This document shows, one piece after another, positions 10,139 through 20,321 of a stretch of 26,305 nucleotides of DNA. How positions within the stretch are numbered: position 1 is the stretch's first letter; each line of letters opens with the position of its first letter. Location of the stretch: NCBI GenBank assembly GCA_050331235.1, contig JBHJHA010000118.1, positions 1-26,305 on the forward strand, in the 5' to 3' direction. A model generated the notes under the pieces. It ran no database searches, was not told where the DNA came from, and worked only from the letters and a program-made list of their open reading frames with translations. Both the position numbers and the translations under genes were made by a program. Source of the stretch: Leptolyngbyaceae cyanobacterium. Lineage in GTDB: Bacteria > Cyanobacteriota > Cyanobacteriia > Phormidesmidales > Phormidesmidaceae.

Positions 10139-10594
10139 ATGCCCCGGGTTGTCTTAGTCCATCCTGAAATCCCCCCTAATACGGGCAATGTTGCCCGCAC
10201 CTGCGCGGCTACCAAAACGGAGCTCCATCTTGTTGAGCCATTAGGATTTGAGCTCAGTGATCGCTATCTCAAGCGTGCAGGGCTTGATTACTGGCCCTAT
10301 GTCGATCTGCATCTACATAAATCCTGGTCCACATTTCAACAAGCAGTACAGAATCGCGGGGGACGGCTGATTGGCTTTAGCACTTCCGGGAAGGAGTGTT
10401 ATACCCAGATTGTTTATTGTGCTGACGACTGGCTCTTGTTTGGCAAAGAAACCGCTGGTCTGACTGCCGATATGCTCTCTAGCTGTGACGTCACTACATA
10501 TATTCCAATGGTGGAGTCAGGTGTGCGAAGTCTTAATCTATCAGCCAGCGCCGCAGTGGGTCTGTTTGAAGCTCTCCGGCAGACCCTTGCTTAA
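10139..10594 (+). CDS. trmL: tRNA (cytidine/uridine(34)-2'-O)-methyltransferase, SPOUT family
   Basis: PEIPPNTGNVARTCA, LKRAGLDYW, LFGKETAGL and RSLNLS. ATG 10139. Confidence 0.93.
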   Translation: MPRVVLVHPEIPPNTGNVARTCAATKTELHLVEPLGFELSDRYLKRAGLDYWPYVDLHLHKSWSTFQQAVQNRGGRLIGFSTSGKECYTQIVYCADDWLLFGKETAGLTADMLSSCDVTTYIPMVESGVRSLNLSASAAVGLFEALRQTLA

Positions 10595-11320
10595 CTCCGC
10601 AGAGATTTTTGTTAAATCCTGAGTTCTATCATTCAGAATTCTTTGAACGAGCTGCATCGCTTTCATCGCCCAAAGGTGATTTGGTTGCGCTTCGATTCTG
10701 TAGGTTATGGCAAGGTGCTGCCACGGAGATTTTCTAATCTCAGTAGTTCAAAGACTGGGCGATACTTCGTCTCATAAGCTACAAAATATCCCCATCAGGA
10801 ATAAGAATTTTCTATCATCTGTACTCAAGCCCTAGCTGCTCAAAAAGTTGAGGCACAACTCATCCTCGAACTACTGTATTAACTGCTCTGGATTTGGTGT
10901 TCTAAGCAGCTCGAAAGTCTTGCTAGTCAAGCCTCTGCCTTCTATCTGGCGATAGGAAGATCCTCGTAAAGAGGCACGCAATTAGTTTGTTCCTAGCCAT
11001 GGAATTAGATTTGCTAATCATTAGTTTGGTGCTGATTCAAGATAGAGTCTACACAAGGATTTCAGGATGTCAGGCCGTCATAATACTGGGTGATTTTTAC
11101 GGGCTAGAATGATCCTTCTCTTGATCTGTCAGGCAACTTATGTAAACTTGCTTAAATCAAATGGGCAGTGTATTGTTAGCTCTCGAAGCTAATTTGCTTA
11201 ACCACGAGAATTGTGGGATGCCTGGTTTCTGGGTCTTTAGACTTCAGATGATTGATTAAGAGTCTCCTTAATGGATGACCTATGAAACTGTCGAGCTCTG
11301 GTTATGAGGAGGATTATCCT

Positions 11321-13258
11321 TTGAGTCCCGTTTTTTCTCAGGAGTCTATGCCTGACACGCAGAGTCAATCAGCAGTTTTTCAGCCACTGCAGGGTTGTGT
11401 TAGTGCCGATGGCATTAACCGCAAAGTTCGAACCTCATTTACAGTCTTAGGTCTGGCGCTTTCTTTAGGAGCGGCTGGCCCTTTGGTTTCTGGCGCTGAG
11501 GCGGCGGATTCTACCCAGTTGGCTGCCCTTCCTTCGGTAACCGGTGGTGTTGGTACGACGTTGCCTTCCTTTGGGTCCTCACGACCTGCTGGGGCTGCTG
11601 CTAGCTACCACACCGTATCTGAGGGGGAAACGATTTGGGATATTGCAACCCTTCATGGGCTCACAGTTGAGGATATTCGCTCAGCTAATGGCATCGCTGA
11701 TGATCAGTTGATTCAGGCTGGTCAAGTTTTAAAGGTGCCCGCGGTTGCTGAAGATGCTGTTGCCTTGCTAGATGCAGGTTCTGCCGTGGCACCAGAAGGT
11801 GAGGCTGACATTTCTGATCATCTTGTGCCTCCAGGTTCCGACTTGCAGACTAAAGTCTCTCTTGATGAGATAGCCACTAATAAGCCACAACCAATCCAGT
11901 TTGGTACGTTGCCTGCAGAGTCACAGGCCGGTGAAGATTTAGCCGTTTCGACGTCAGTTGATCGCGATGGGATGGCTGAGCGTCTGGATCGTGAACGACT
12001 GGCTGAAACTGATCGTCCTCGTTCTCTGGCAGCACTGCCTGCAAGCGATACAGTTCAGACATTTTCAGAAGATCTGAGTGCTTCTCCCTCTGATACTCTC
12101 GGCGAAAAGAAAGTTGAGTCGACTACAGAAGATGATAACGACTTGCTTGCTACGACTAGAGGGGTCTTGACCCATCGAGTGGGGTCTGGTGAAACCTTAT
12201 GGTCTATTGCTCGTACTTACGGTCTGGGCGTTGAAGATTTGCGGGAGAATAATTTACTCTCTGATACTGAGGTCTTACGTCCCGGTGACGAATTAGCGAT
12301 ACCGACGGATCAACCTTTGGAGGTGCGTCAGAATCCTGATGTTGAGCGTCTGACTTATCGTCAGGTTAGTCAAGATAAGCCAATGCCACAGGTGGCTACC
12401 GAGGACGCATCAGCGATCGCGGTGGCGACTGAATCCCTTGCATTTGAGGACTCTTCGGGTTCTACTACGACTGCTTCTATGCCGGTGTTGACTCAGGCGG
12501 CTAGCACTTCTGTCGAAGATCCTTTCGTCGAAGATTTGCTATCTCAGGCCGATACTCTTGATAGTCAAGAGCCGTCTCTAACTGCTCGTCGCTCCCCTAC
12601 CGAGCAGGCAAGTCAAACTGATGCTGTTGCGGAGCTCGAGGTTGCTTCCCTTGATGTAGAAGAACCGACTGAAACCCCTGCGGTTAACCCTCAGTTCGTT
12701 GATAATGCTGGTACTTCTGATCTTAGTGATCAATCTGCGGATGAGTTATTGGCAGCTGCTCCCCTTGGCTCGGATATTTATGCACCGGCGGTTGAAAGTC
12801 CTACTGGTCGTGTTGTAACGCCGGAAATGCCTGTGCTACCCGGGCAAGACGCTTATTTGCCAGAAGCCCCTAATCAGTTTGACGGCTATATGTGGCCGGC
12901 TCAGGGCGTTTTGACGTCCGGTTATGGTTGGCGTTGGGGACGCATGCATCGCGGGGTAGACATTGCTGGCCCAGTGGGTACGCCTATCTATGCTGCTGGG
13001 CCAGGAGTGGTCCTATCTTCTGGCTGGAATTCTGGCGGCTATGGCAACATGGTTGAGATTCGCCATCCAGACGGCAGTATGACTCGTTATGCTCACAACA
13101 GTCGTTTGATGGTAAGCCCTGGTCAGGAAGTAAGACAGGGTCAGCAGATTGCTGAAATGGGGAGCACCGGTTTTAGTACTGGCCCTCACCTGCACTTCGA
13201 GATTCATATTCCCAATCAGGGAACTGTAAATCCAATGGCGATGCTACCTGGTCGTTAA
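11321..13258 (+). CDS. LysM-domain M23 peptidoglycan metalloendopeptidase (NlpD-like)
   Basis: Two LysM repeats (YHTVSEGETIWDIA; HRVGSGETLWSIA), a long acidic linker, and M23 motifs HRGVD, YAH and HLHFE. TTG 11321 follows GAGGAGG at 11306-11312; ATG 11282 is the alternative start. Confidence 0.9.
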   Translation: MSPVFSQESMPDTQSQSAVFQPLQGCVSADGINRKVRTSFTVLGLALSLGAAGPLVSGAEAADSTQLAALPSVTGGVGTTLPSFGSSRPAGAAASYHTVSEGETIWDIATLHGLTVEDIRSANGIADDQLIQAGQVLKVPAVAEDAVALLDAGSAVAPEGEADISDHLVPPGSDLQTKVSLDEIATNKPQPIQFGTLPAESQAGEDLAVSTSVDRDGMAERLDRERLAETDRPRSLAALPASDTVQTFSEDLSASPSDTLGEKKVESTTEDDNDLLATTRGVLTHRVGSGETLWSIARTYGLGVEDLRENNLLSDTEVLRPGDELAIPTDQPLEVRQNPDVERLTYRQVSQDKPMPQVATEDASAIAVATESLAFEDSSGSTTTASMPVLTQAASTSVEDPFVEDLLSQADTLDSQEPSLTARRSPTEQASQTDAVAELEVASLDVEEPTETPAVNPQFVDNAGTSDLSDQSADELLAAAPLGSDIYAPAVESPTGRVVTPEMPVLPGQDAYLPEAPNQFDGYMWPAQGVLTSGYGWRWGRMHRGVDIAGPVGTPIYAAGPGVVLSSGWNSGGYGNMVEIRHPDGSMTRYAHNSRLMVSPGQEVRQGQQIAEMGSTGFSTGPHLHFEIHIPNQGTVNPMAMLPGR

Positions 13259-13280
13259 AACCTATTGCCTGTTGTCTAAA

Positions 13281-13323
13281 GTTTCCAGGTTTTAACTTTA
13301 TTCTTCTGTTAAAGCTTGGAAAC
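13281..13323 (+). terminator. Stem-loop after the M23 gene
   Basis: GTTTCCAGGTTTTAAC pairs with GTTAAAGCTTGGAAAC (16 bp, two G-U), 22 nt after the stop. No clear U-tail. Confidence 0.5.
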
Positions 13324-13468
13324 AACGTCTACCGAGGGTATTGTTTGGGTTTTTAAGGTTGAAGGTTGACTAAAGCAGTAGCGATTTCAACATTGAATTT
13401 GCTCGTAAAACATCGCAAAAGTCATCCTTCGTGTGATAAGTTGGTAAAGCTGCTTTGAGCAGCGTCCT

Positions 13469-13540
13469 GGCTCAGTAGCTCAGTGGTAGAGCAGGGGACT
13501 CATAAGCCCTTGGTCGCGTGTTCAAATCACGCCTGAGCCA
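13469..13540 (+). tRNA. trnM: tRNA-Met(CAT), elongator type
   Basis: GGCTCAG/CTGAGCC acceptor stem, anticodon loop CT-CAT-AA, T-arm GCGTG-TTCAAAT-CACGC. The G1-C72 pair argues against an initiator tRNA; Ile2 is not formally excluded. Confidence 0.92.
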
Positions 13541-13589
13541 TTTATAGGTTCTGAAAGTTTATTGTTGTTATTCTGAAGCTGCTACTGTG

Positions 13590-13618
13590 TTTTCTCGTAA
13601 TACTCTATTGCGAGAAAA
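13590..13618 (+). terminator. Hairpin downstream of tRNA-Met
   Basis: TTTTCTCGTAATA-ctc-TATTGCGAGAAAA, 13 bp with one G-U. Confidence 0.45.
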
Positions 13619-13682
13619 GTTAGAACTTTAGAATTCAAGACTAATCGGTTCAGTGCAAATAAGGAATTTGAATTGAGCAGAG

Positions 13683-13871
13683 ATGCCAAACACTGCTGAG
13701 TATGTCTGTGCCTTTTGTGGCGAGACTAACACTACTTTTATCGATTTATCTGCTGGCTTCACCCAAAGTTATATTGAAGATTGTCAAGTCTGCTGTCGGC
13801 CCAATTATCTCTACATTGCGATCGAAGAAGAAACTTTAGAAGTATCAATTGCAACCGATTATGCAGGCTGA
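13683..13871 (+). CDS. CPXCG-motif-type cysteine-rich small protein (Zn-ribbon-like)
   Basis: 62 aa with CAFCGE and QSYIEDCQVCCRP. Confidence 0.85.
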   Translation: MPNTAEYVCAFCGETNTTFIDLSAGFTQSYIEDCQVCCRPNYLYIAIEEETLEVSIATDYAG

Positions 13872-14205
13872 TGTTGCTAGCCCATAACTTGTATATCCTT
13901 AGCCAAGATTAGGAAATTAGCCGAAGTTCCTTGAGCTTTGAAAAGATGACCGTTTAAGAGACGAAGGACAATATCTCTAAATAGATGAGCCGTTTCGCAA
14001 TCCTTTGAGTCTATGCGGTGTTTGAACTACACACCACTGTGGGATCTTTTTGTTTTAGGGTTCGGTAATTGTCCACTTTATGAAACCCGTGTATGGTCTC
14101 ATAAAGCTGCTGTTTAATGAGTTCATTTTTTCCCTGAATACGCTATCAGAAGCTTTAGAGGACTCCCGCTGACTCCATGGGAGATGTCCAGAAATTGTGT
14201 GAGCA

Positions 14206-15129
14206 CTAGTTTTGAAAATCTCTGGGTCCCTGATAACCAGAGGCATCTGCCAGAGTCTCTAGAGATTGAGCGCCAACATATAGTTCTCCCCGAATCTCCC
14301 ATGTAGGGAATCCGGTTAGCCCATCGACAGAGCGGCAAAGTGCTGTTTGAGCATTTTGGCCATCCTCGGCACATTCTACGTAGGGCATAGATTTGACAGC
14401 AGTCTCGCCAAATAACTGTTTTTGGTCGTGGCAGTGAGGGCACCACCAAGCTCCGTACATCTTGGCATCAACGTCTGCTAGGTGTTCTGCTAGCTGTATT
14501 TCTGCTTCGCCCGACGGGGTTGAAACCGGAGGACCTACTTCCCCTTGGGCATTAGCTTGTATGCCTCCAGGGCTATTGATTGGAGCATAAATTGCTAGCG
14601 TGCCAACCAGCGTAACGATCGCAACGATGGTCCCGATAAAAACCAACTGGCCAGCGTCATCCCACCGACGTCCTAAGACCGTTGCGGAGAACATCGCCGC
14701 GGCAAATACCGCTGAGGTGATGCAGTATAAGCAAGTGGCGCGAATCTCAAAGGCCAACAGATACATCAGGTAGCTGCTAAACACCAGCATGGCGGTCGCG
14801 CCAATGAAGAGCAGAGGCCAAGTCCAAGATTCTAACCGAAGGCGAAGTTCCTTTTGACGGTCAGGATTGATTGCCAAAGGGGCTAAGGCCATTGCAGCCA
14901 TGCTGAGGTAACCCAAAAATCCAAACACCGTGAGTGGAATGCCAAAGATAACAGCATAGTCACTGGCGAGTACCTTGTCACAGCCACCCGTCGGACAAGC
15001 GGCATCGCCCCCCATAACTTTGACAATGGTTAGATAGGCTGTACCAAAAGCTCCCATCAGAGCGATCGCTCCAATCAGCCAGCGAGACCAACGGTGAATC
15101 CATAAGTTTTCTTGGCGGCGGCGTGGCAT
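14206..15129 (-). CDS. Vitamin K epoxide reductase-thioredoxin fusion (disulfide bond formation, LTO1-like)
   Basis: Multiple TM helices, loop cysteines CPTGGC, active site CLYC, Trx domain YGAWWCPHC and FPTW. ATG 15129 with AAGGGA upstream. Confidence 0.93.
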   Translation of the reverse strand: MPRRRQENLWIHRWSRWLIGAIALMGAFGTAYLTIVKVMGGDAACPTGGCDKVLASDYAVIFGIPLTVFGFLGYLSMAAMALAPLAINPDRQKELRLRLESWTWPLLFIGATAMLVFSSYLMYLLAFEIRATCLYCITSAVFAAAMFSATVLGRRWDDAGQLVFIGTIVAIVTLVGTLAIYAPINSPGGIQANAQGEVGPPVSTPSGEAEIQLAEHLADVDAKMYGAWWCPHCHDQKQLFGETAVKSMPYVECAEDGQNAQTALCRSVDGLTGFPTWEIRGELYVGAQSLETLADASGYQGPRDFQN

Positions 15130-15370
15130 GTCAGATTTATCCCTTGGCAAATCAGTTGACTAAGTTCCTATTTATTCAGCCTCATCAAACATCTGTAGTG
15201 GTGCTTAATGCTAAACCATTTAAGGCATTTCTTAGGATTGCTCGAGATTGATTGACATGAGCGCGAATTCTACAGTCATAAGCAGACGCTAGCAACTCGA
15301 CTGTGAACTGATGACGTGAGGTTCCTTAACCGCTATAGGCAACACAATCACTAGATATCGCAGGCAAAGA

Positions 15371-15709
15371 TTAGACTTGAGCGTTAGAGACATTGCCTAT
15401 CTTTTCAGCAAATGCTTCACGGTTAGGCAACACTTCAAAGACTCGATCCATGCTAGTTAACTCAAACAACATCTTGACTTGGTCGTTGATCGAACAAACG
15501 TACATCTCTTTATTGCAGGATCTGACTTTTTTGAGCACGACCACGAGAATGCCTAAGCCTGAACTATCGACAAAGCTGATATCTTTCAGATCAATCAGCA
15601 GAGTTTCAACGCCATCTTCTAGCGCAGCATCCACTTCTTGACGAAAGGCTTCTGCTTTAGTGCCATCTAGGATGCCGGCTGGTTCGAGAATGCGTACATT
15701 AGCTGTCAT
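15371..15709 (-). CDS. STAS-domain anti-sigma factor antagonist
   Basis: 112 aa. LIDLKDISFVDSSGLG contains the phospho-acceptor Ser; also LFELTSMDRVFE. ATG 15709 with GAGG upstream. Confidence 0.9.
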   Translation of the reverse strand: MTANVRILEPAGILDGTKAEAFRQEVDAALEDGVETLLIDLKDISFVDSSGLGILVVVLKKVRSCNKEMYVCSINDQVKMLFELTSMDRVFEVLPNREAFAEKIGNVSNAQV

Positions 15710-15746
15710 AGGAGCCTCATAAATCTGCAATTGAATGACTATCGGT

Positions 15747-15784
15747 GCGTTGAGCAATGCACCTGGCGTTGAGCAATGCACCTG
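15747..15784. repeat. Perfect 19-bp tandem duplication
   Basis: GCGTTGAGCAATGCACCTG occurs at 15747-15765 and again at 15766-15784. Confidence 0.95.
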
Positions 15785-15853
15785 TTTTCTCAATAGGGTC
15801 AACATTCTAAGGTTGCCCCAGTAATTTCCAAATACACAGTCAGCAGGAAAACG

Positions 15854-17596
15854 TTAGGACACTTTTGTTGGATCTTCTTCCAACTTCACGGCAAAGTTAC
15901 TAATCCGCAAAGATTCTGAGTCCTCAGCACCGCTAACCAGCAAAGGCCCAATGTGCCCCGTTAAAGGTTCTCCAGCGAGCTCAACTGCCTTTAGCCAGGG
16001 AAATCGGTTGATTAAGACAGGTGCCAAGGCTGGCCAGTTCACATAGGCCAAGTTTGAGGCTGCTGGACCAGTATGGGCTGCCAGCTGTAATAAAGACGTC
16101 TTTTGAGATAGGGCATCAGATTCTGCCTGTTCTAAGACACGTTCTAACCCGCTTAGCGAAGTTGATACCACTTCATAACCGTTTAAGTTGGTGTGAATGG
16201 CTACGACTTGAGTTGATAGGGTCAAAGGGGCTTCGACAACTGCTCGATTAAAGGAAAATCGTGTCCAAGCTGTCATCGTTTTACCTTCAAAGGGAATCTG
16301 GTTTACAGAGAGTCCTTGCGCTGTGGCGAGCTCGTCAAATTCGGTAAAGTCATCCACCATACTCATAAGCAGCCAGCTCGTTGACTGCCCTGGCAGCAAG
16401 CTTAGTGCGTAGCTGCCTTGCAGTCGAGATAATAGCTGTTGACCAATTTGGTAGTTGGGTTTATCCCTTGCAAGGGGTGGGGTGGAAAGTGTGCTGAGCA
16501 CTGCTTGAGTGGCTTTATATCCGCCAATATCGGTCTGTAATCGCTGTAGCCCTTCTTTGAAGCGCTGTCCAGAAATGGTAAAGAGGGCATCATCAGGCAC
16601 AAGATCGAGTGTGGAACTGGCGGACTGGGTAGCCGCTTCTGCGGGAGTCGGCTCGATCTGTGTCCAGGAATCGGGACTCGGAGCGATCGCTAATTGCCCG
16701 GTAATGCCAGATGCCACTGCTTGCACTGAAACAAAAAGCGAATTGGCATCTTGTCCAGCTGGTTTAATGGGTGAGGGACAACGGTCTTCTGTGCCGAGCC
16801 ATGAGAGCAGAGTGGGAATATTGGCGTATAACCAACCGATCCGATTTTGATGGAGCGTTGCGATCGCCTCACGATAAGCGGCTGCCTTCGCCAGGCTGAC
16901 ATCGGGAGCCTGATAAGTCGCAATTGCCTGCCGCAATACCTGGACATCGTTGGCAAGTAGTACATATCGGTCACCCACAAATGCTGTGGCGAGAGAAGCA
17001 ACCGTCGGTTTTGCTGCGGCCAAAGACACCTGTGGTGACGACAAGATGCTTAGAGGCTGATCAAAAATTAGCCCTACCCCTGAAACTGTCTCGAAAACTA
17101 AGTTGCGGCCTTGAGCAACACGCTTTTGCCAGAGCAAATGGAGGGCCTCGCGGGCAGCGTCAGCGTCGTGGCAATTCAGAGTGACGAGGTAACCTGCCTG
17201 CAAACCATTTTTGTCATCATGGTCAAGGTCGAGGGAGGTGATGGCAAGCGTAATTTCTTGGTCGAGCCAAGGCTGGATGTCGGCTTCGTAGTCCCACCCG
17301 GTTGCATCCTCTAACAGTTGCTGGAGCGACCGCCACTCCCGTCTAGCTGTGGCCCTCTGATTGGCCGGTGCTAACAGCTGCCTCAGCTTCCAGAGCCGAT
17401 CAGGGCGAGCCAACAATGAAGCCATGAGCGGCGATTGACGCGGCACGAACTGAGCTGCAGTGGGAGCTGTTTGACCACCTTCCGTTATCAAGGTCCGCGG
17501 ATTTTCGGCGGTCAATCCCCAAAAACCAACGACCCCGATTAAGACAATCAACCCTGAAAATAAGGCGATCGCCGAATAAAAGGTGCGTGATTTCAT
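15854..17596 (-). CDS. DUF3352-like membrane-anchored protein
   Basis: 580 aa with an N-terminal TM anchor. Motifs PTAAQFVPRQSPLMASLL, DIQPWLDQEITLAITSLDLDHD and YVLLANDVQVLRQAI match this cyanobacterial family from memory. Confidence 0.7.
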   Translation of the reverse strand: MKSRTFYSAIALFSGLIVLIGVVGFWGLTAENPRTLITEGGQTAPTAAQFVPRQSPLMASLLARPDRLWKLRQLLAPANQRATARREWRSLQQLLEDATGWDYEADIQPWLDQEITLAITSLDLDHDDKNGLQAGYLVTLNCHDADAAREALHLLWQKRVAQGRNLVFETVSGVGLIFDQPLSILSSPQVSLAAAKPTVASLATAFVGDRYVLLANDVQVLRQAIATYQAPDVSLAKAAAYREAIATLHQNRIGWLYANIPTLLSWLGTEDRCPSPIKPAGQDANSLFVSVQAVASGITGQLAIAPSPDSWTQIEPTPAEAATQSASSTLDLVPDDALFTISGQRFKEGLQRLQTDIGGYKATQAVLSTLSTPPLARDKPNYQIGQQLLSRLQGSYALSLLPGQSTSWLLMSMVDDFTEFDELATAQGLSVNQIPFEGKTMTAWTRFSFNRAVVEAPLTLSTQVVAIHTNLNGYEVVSTSLSGLERVLEQAESDALSQKTSLLQLAAHTGPAASNLAYVNWPALAPVLINRFPWLKAVELAGEPLTGHIGPLLVSGAEDSESLRISNFAVKLEEDPTKVS

Positions 17597-17818
17597 AGAC
17601 CACCTTCAAAACTTGCTGGAAAACAAAGCAACGACCAACTCACAAAGACCTAATCCGAGACTAGTGTATTACCCCAGCGTTGCTTACTGTCACTCTCGAA
17701 GGAAATCTGATAGAGAAATTCTCAACTGTAGAGAACGCCGACATTAATTGAGAAGGGATTCCAAAGACCCCTCAACCCAATAGCCACCCAAAGACACTAA
17801 CCGAACATTAGCTAGCTC

Positions 17819-18430
17819 TTAATCGTCACTGGCAAACTCACGCCATACGCCAATCAGCTTGCCCTGTAGCTGGACCTCATGGGCCGGAAACTTTTGGATA
17901 GGATAGTTGGGGTTAGCTGGAACAAGCTCAACTGAGTCTCCCTCCAGGCGAAAATACTTGAGAGTTGTCCCGTCGGGAACTCGGGCAGCCACGATTGTAT
18001 TGGCTTTGACTCGCTGAGGATCTTGGATGGGGCGCATGATGACGATGTCGCCGTCGCAAATCATGGCGTCAATCATGCTGTCACCGTTGACTTGTAGTGC
18101 GTAATCCCCCGGCTTGGTGGCAAATCCGGCCGGGTTGAATCGGGGAGTTTCAGCTTCGACCTGGGCTTCATTAACATAGCCTGCCGCAATGCTGCCGTAG
18201 ATGGGCAACCCTTGTACATCCTGCAAGATGCGAATCGTCCGAGCTCGACCCTCGTCCCAATCGATGTAACCCTTCTTACGCAAATGGTCTAGGCGGCTTT
18301 GAATCGGTGCTGGAGACTTGAGCTGCATCGCGCGCATCATCTGCCGAATCGATGGCGAGTGTTGGTTGTCCCGAATGTAAGTTACGAGCCAATCGTATAA
18401 TTCCTGCTGCGCATCTGTTAAAGGTACCAT
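17819..18430 (-). CDS. lexA: Transcriptional repressor LexA
   Basis: wHTH with cyanobacterial SPAPIQSRL, Ala-Gly cleavage site IAAG, catalytic Ser GDSM and Lys TLK. Confidence 0.95.
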   Translation of the reverse strand: MVPLTDAQQELYDWLVTYIRDNQHSPSIRQMMRAMQLKSPAPIQSRLDHLRKKGYIDWDEGRARTIRILQDVQGLPIYGSIAAGYVNEAQVEAETPRFNPAGFATKPGDYALQVNGDSMIDAMICDGDIVIMRPIQDPQRVKANTIVAARVPDGTTLKYFRLEGDSVELVPANPNYPIQKFPAHEVQLQGKLIGVWREFASDD

Positions 18431-18464
18431 TGCCGCCTTCCTAGGCTTAGCCGCTGTTGTATCA

Positions 18465-18478
18465 AGAACAACTGTACC
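18465..18478 (-). promoter_or_regulatory. LexA (SOS) box overlapping an extended -10 of lexA
   Basis: The minus strand reads GGTACAGTTGTTCT, an exact match to the cyanobacterial consensus RGTACNNNDGTWCB. It lies 35 nt upstream of the ATG and overlaps TG-G-TACAGT. Confidence 0.85.
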
Positions 18479-18554
18479 ATCTCAGCCTAGAAAAAGTCCA
18501 TACGATCTAAAGAAAAATTCGCTGAAAAATCTGTCGCCCGTTTGATTTGAGCAA

Positions 18555-20321
18555 TTATTTCAACCCCATTTGTACCCGCCACAGGCCGGCGTATAGAGTA
18601 TTGCGTTCTAACAGATCTTCGTGGGTGCCCCATTCCACCATCTGGCCTTGGTCCATGACGTAGATGCGGTCTGCATTGCGAATAGTTGAAAGCCGGTGGG
18701 CGATCGCGATGGTTGTACGATTTTGAGTGATTTGTTCTAACGATCGCTGAATCGCAGCTTCAGTTTCGTTGTCGACGGCGGAGGTCGCTTCATCTAAGAC
18801 GAGAACGGAGGGATTTTTAAGTACAGCTCGGGCGATCGCTAGTCGCTGACGCTGACCGCCGGAAAGCTTCTGACCCCGTTCGCCCACAATCGTATCGAAG
18901 CCCCGGGGTAGTTGCTGGATGAACTCATGGGCTTCGGCAATGCGCGCGGCTTCGGCAATGGCTGCAGGCTCAGCGCCAAAGGTACCATAGGCAATGTTTT
19001 CGGCGACAGTACCATGGAACAAGAAGACGTCTTGACTAACCAAGCCAATGGCCTGGCGTAGATCCTGTGGTGATAGTTCACGAATATTGATGCCGTCCAA
19101 CATGATCTGTCCCGTGTTGACCTCGTATAGGCGGAGCAAGAGTTTGACGAGGGTACTTTTGCCTGAACCAGTAGCACCCACAATCGCTACGGTATGCCCG
19201 GCAGGAATCTTGAGCGTCAAGTGTCGAATGACTGGGGTTTGGTCGTCGTAGGCAAAGCTAACATCGGCAAACTGGACGTCACCGACGACGTGGCTGACAG
19301 GTAATCGGCGCTGACCTGGCTGTAGGGTAATGGGCGTATCCAGCAGATCCATCACTCGGTTGGTAGAAGCCATTGCCCGTTGGTATTGGTCAAGGGTGTC
19401 GCCTAACCGGGTTAGAGGCCAGAGTAGCCGCTGGGTGAGAAACACCAAGACGCTGTAGGTGCCAACTGCGAGCTGACCCTCAACAGCCATAAACCCGCCA
19501 AAAATCAGCGTGGCGGTGAAACCGAGCAAAATCAAGATACGAATTAAGGGGATGTAGGCGGCGCTAAAGGCGATCGCTTGCCGGTTGCTGCGACGGTAGG
19601 CTTCACTTTCTTCCTGTACGCGCTCGATTTCGTAGGTTTCGGCAGTGAAACTTTTAATCGTTAGAATGCCCGTCAAGTTGTTGGATAAGCGGCTGTTTAA
19701 GATGCTGACGCGCTCCCGAACGTCGGCATAGCGAGGAGCCAGTAACTTCTGAAAGGCGATCGCCCCCCATACGATCAAGGGCATGGGCACAATTGCCATC
19801 CAAGCCACCGAAGGTGCCAAAAAAATGAAGGCACCACCGACCAAAATGATGGTCGTTATGACCTGCAAAACTTCATTGGCTCCGACATCTAAAAACCGTT
19901 CAAGTTGGTTGATGTCATCGTTTAAGACTGCCATTAACCCGCCAGTGCTGTGATTTTCGAAGTAGGCTAGATCCAAATCTTGTAGGTGAGTGTAGGCTTC
20001 TACCCGCAGATCCCGCTGCATGGTCTGCGCGAGGTTGCGCCAGAGAACTGAATAAGCGTACTGAAATGCTGACTCGAGGCCCCAAGTGACCACGGTCAGG
20101 GCTGTCAATACGAGAAACTGATGGCGAATGTTCGCAATGCCTAACCCGGCCAACCAAGAATCTTGTTGCTGCACAACTACATCGACGGCAAGGCCAATCA
20201 GCACCGGCGGGGCTAGGTCAAAAACCTTATTCAACACTGAGCAAGCACTGGCAACCCAGATTAAACGACGATATCGATGGCCATAGCGAATCAGTCGCTG
20301 AAAGGGATGAGAAGCAGTCAT
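18555..20321 (-). CDS. ABC exporter, fused permease/ATPase (MsbA/MdlB-like)
   Basis: N-terminal TM domain, Walker A GATGSGKS, signature LSGGQ, Walker [12 protein letters not shown] and H-loop IAHRLST. Confidence 0.93.
   Translation of the reverse strand: MTASHPFQRLIRYGHRYRRLIWVASACSVLNKVFDLAPPVLIGLAVDVVVQQQDSWLAGLGIANIRHQFLVLTALTVVTWGLESAFQYAYSVLWRNLAQTMQRDLRVEAYTHLQDLDLAYFENHSTGGLMAVLNDDINQLERFLDVGANEVLQVITTIILVGGAFIFLAPSVAWMAIVPMPLIVWGAIAFQKLLAPRYADVRERVSILNSRLSNNLTGILTIKSFTAETYEIERVQEESEAYRRSNRQAIAFSAAYIPLIRILILLGFTATLIFGGFMAVEGQLAVGTYSVLVFLTQRLLWPLTRLGDTLDQYQRAMASTNRVMDLLDTPITLQPGQRRLPVSHVVGDVQFADVSFAYDDQTPVIRHLTLKIPAGHTVAIVGATGSGKSTLVKLLLRLYEVNTGQIMLDGINIRELSPQDLRQAIGLVSQDVFLFHGTVAENIAYGTFGAEPAAIAEAARIAEAHEFIQQLPRGFDTIVGERGQKLSGGQRQRLAIARAVLKNPSVLVLDEATSAVDNETEAAIQRSLEQITQNRTTIAIAHRLSTIRNADRIYVMDQGQMVEWGTHEDLLERNTLYAGLWRVQMGLK

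Noticed and set aside
10867..10880. LexA-box-like AATACAGTAGTTCG (minus strand) upstream of the M23 gene
   Set aside because: It has a mismatch in the core GTAC and is about 440 nt from the start, so it is plausible by chance.
10595..11320. 725-nt non-coding region as a possible array or hidden gene
   Set aside because: I found no regular repeats and no convincing ORF. It is consistent with a long multi-promoter region.
13378..13391. NtcA-like GTA-N8-AAC upstream of tRNA-Met (also at 18459)
   Set aside because: Non-canonical half-site with no independent support.
14080..14172. 30-aa ORF MKPVYGLIKLLFNEFIFSLNTLSEALEDSR
   Set aside because: No SD, and it overlaps the hairpin CTTTATGA..TCATAAAG, which is better read as a 3' structure between convergent genes.
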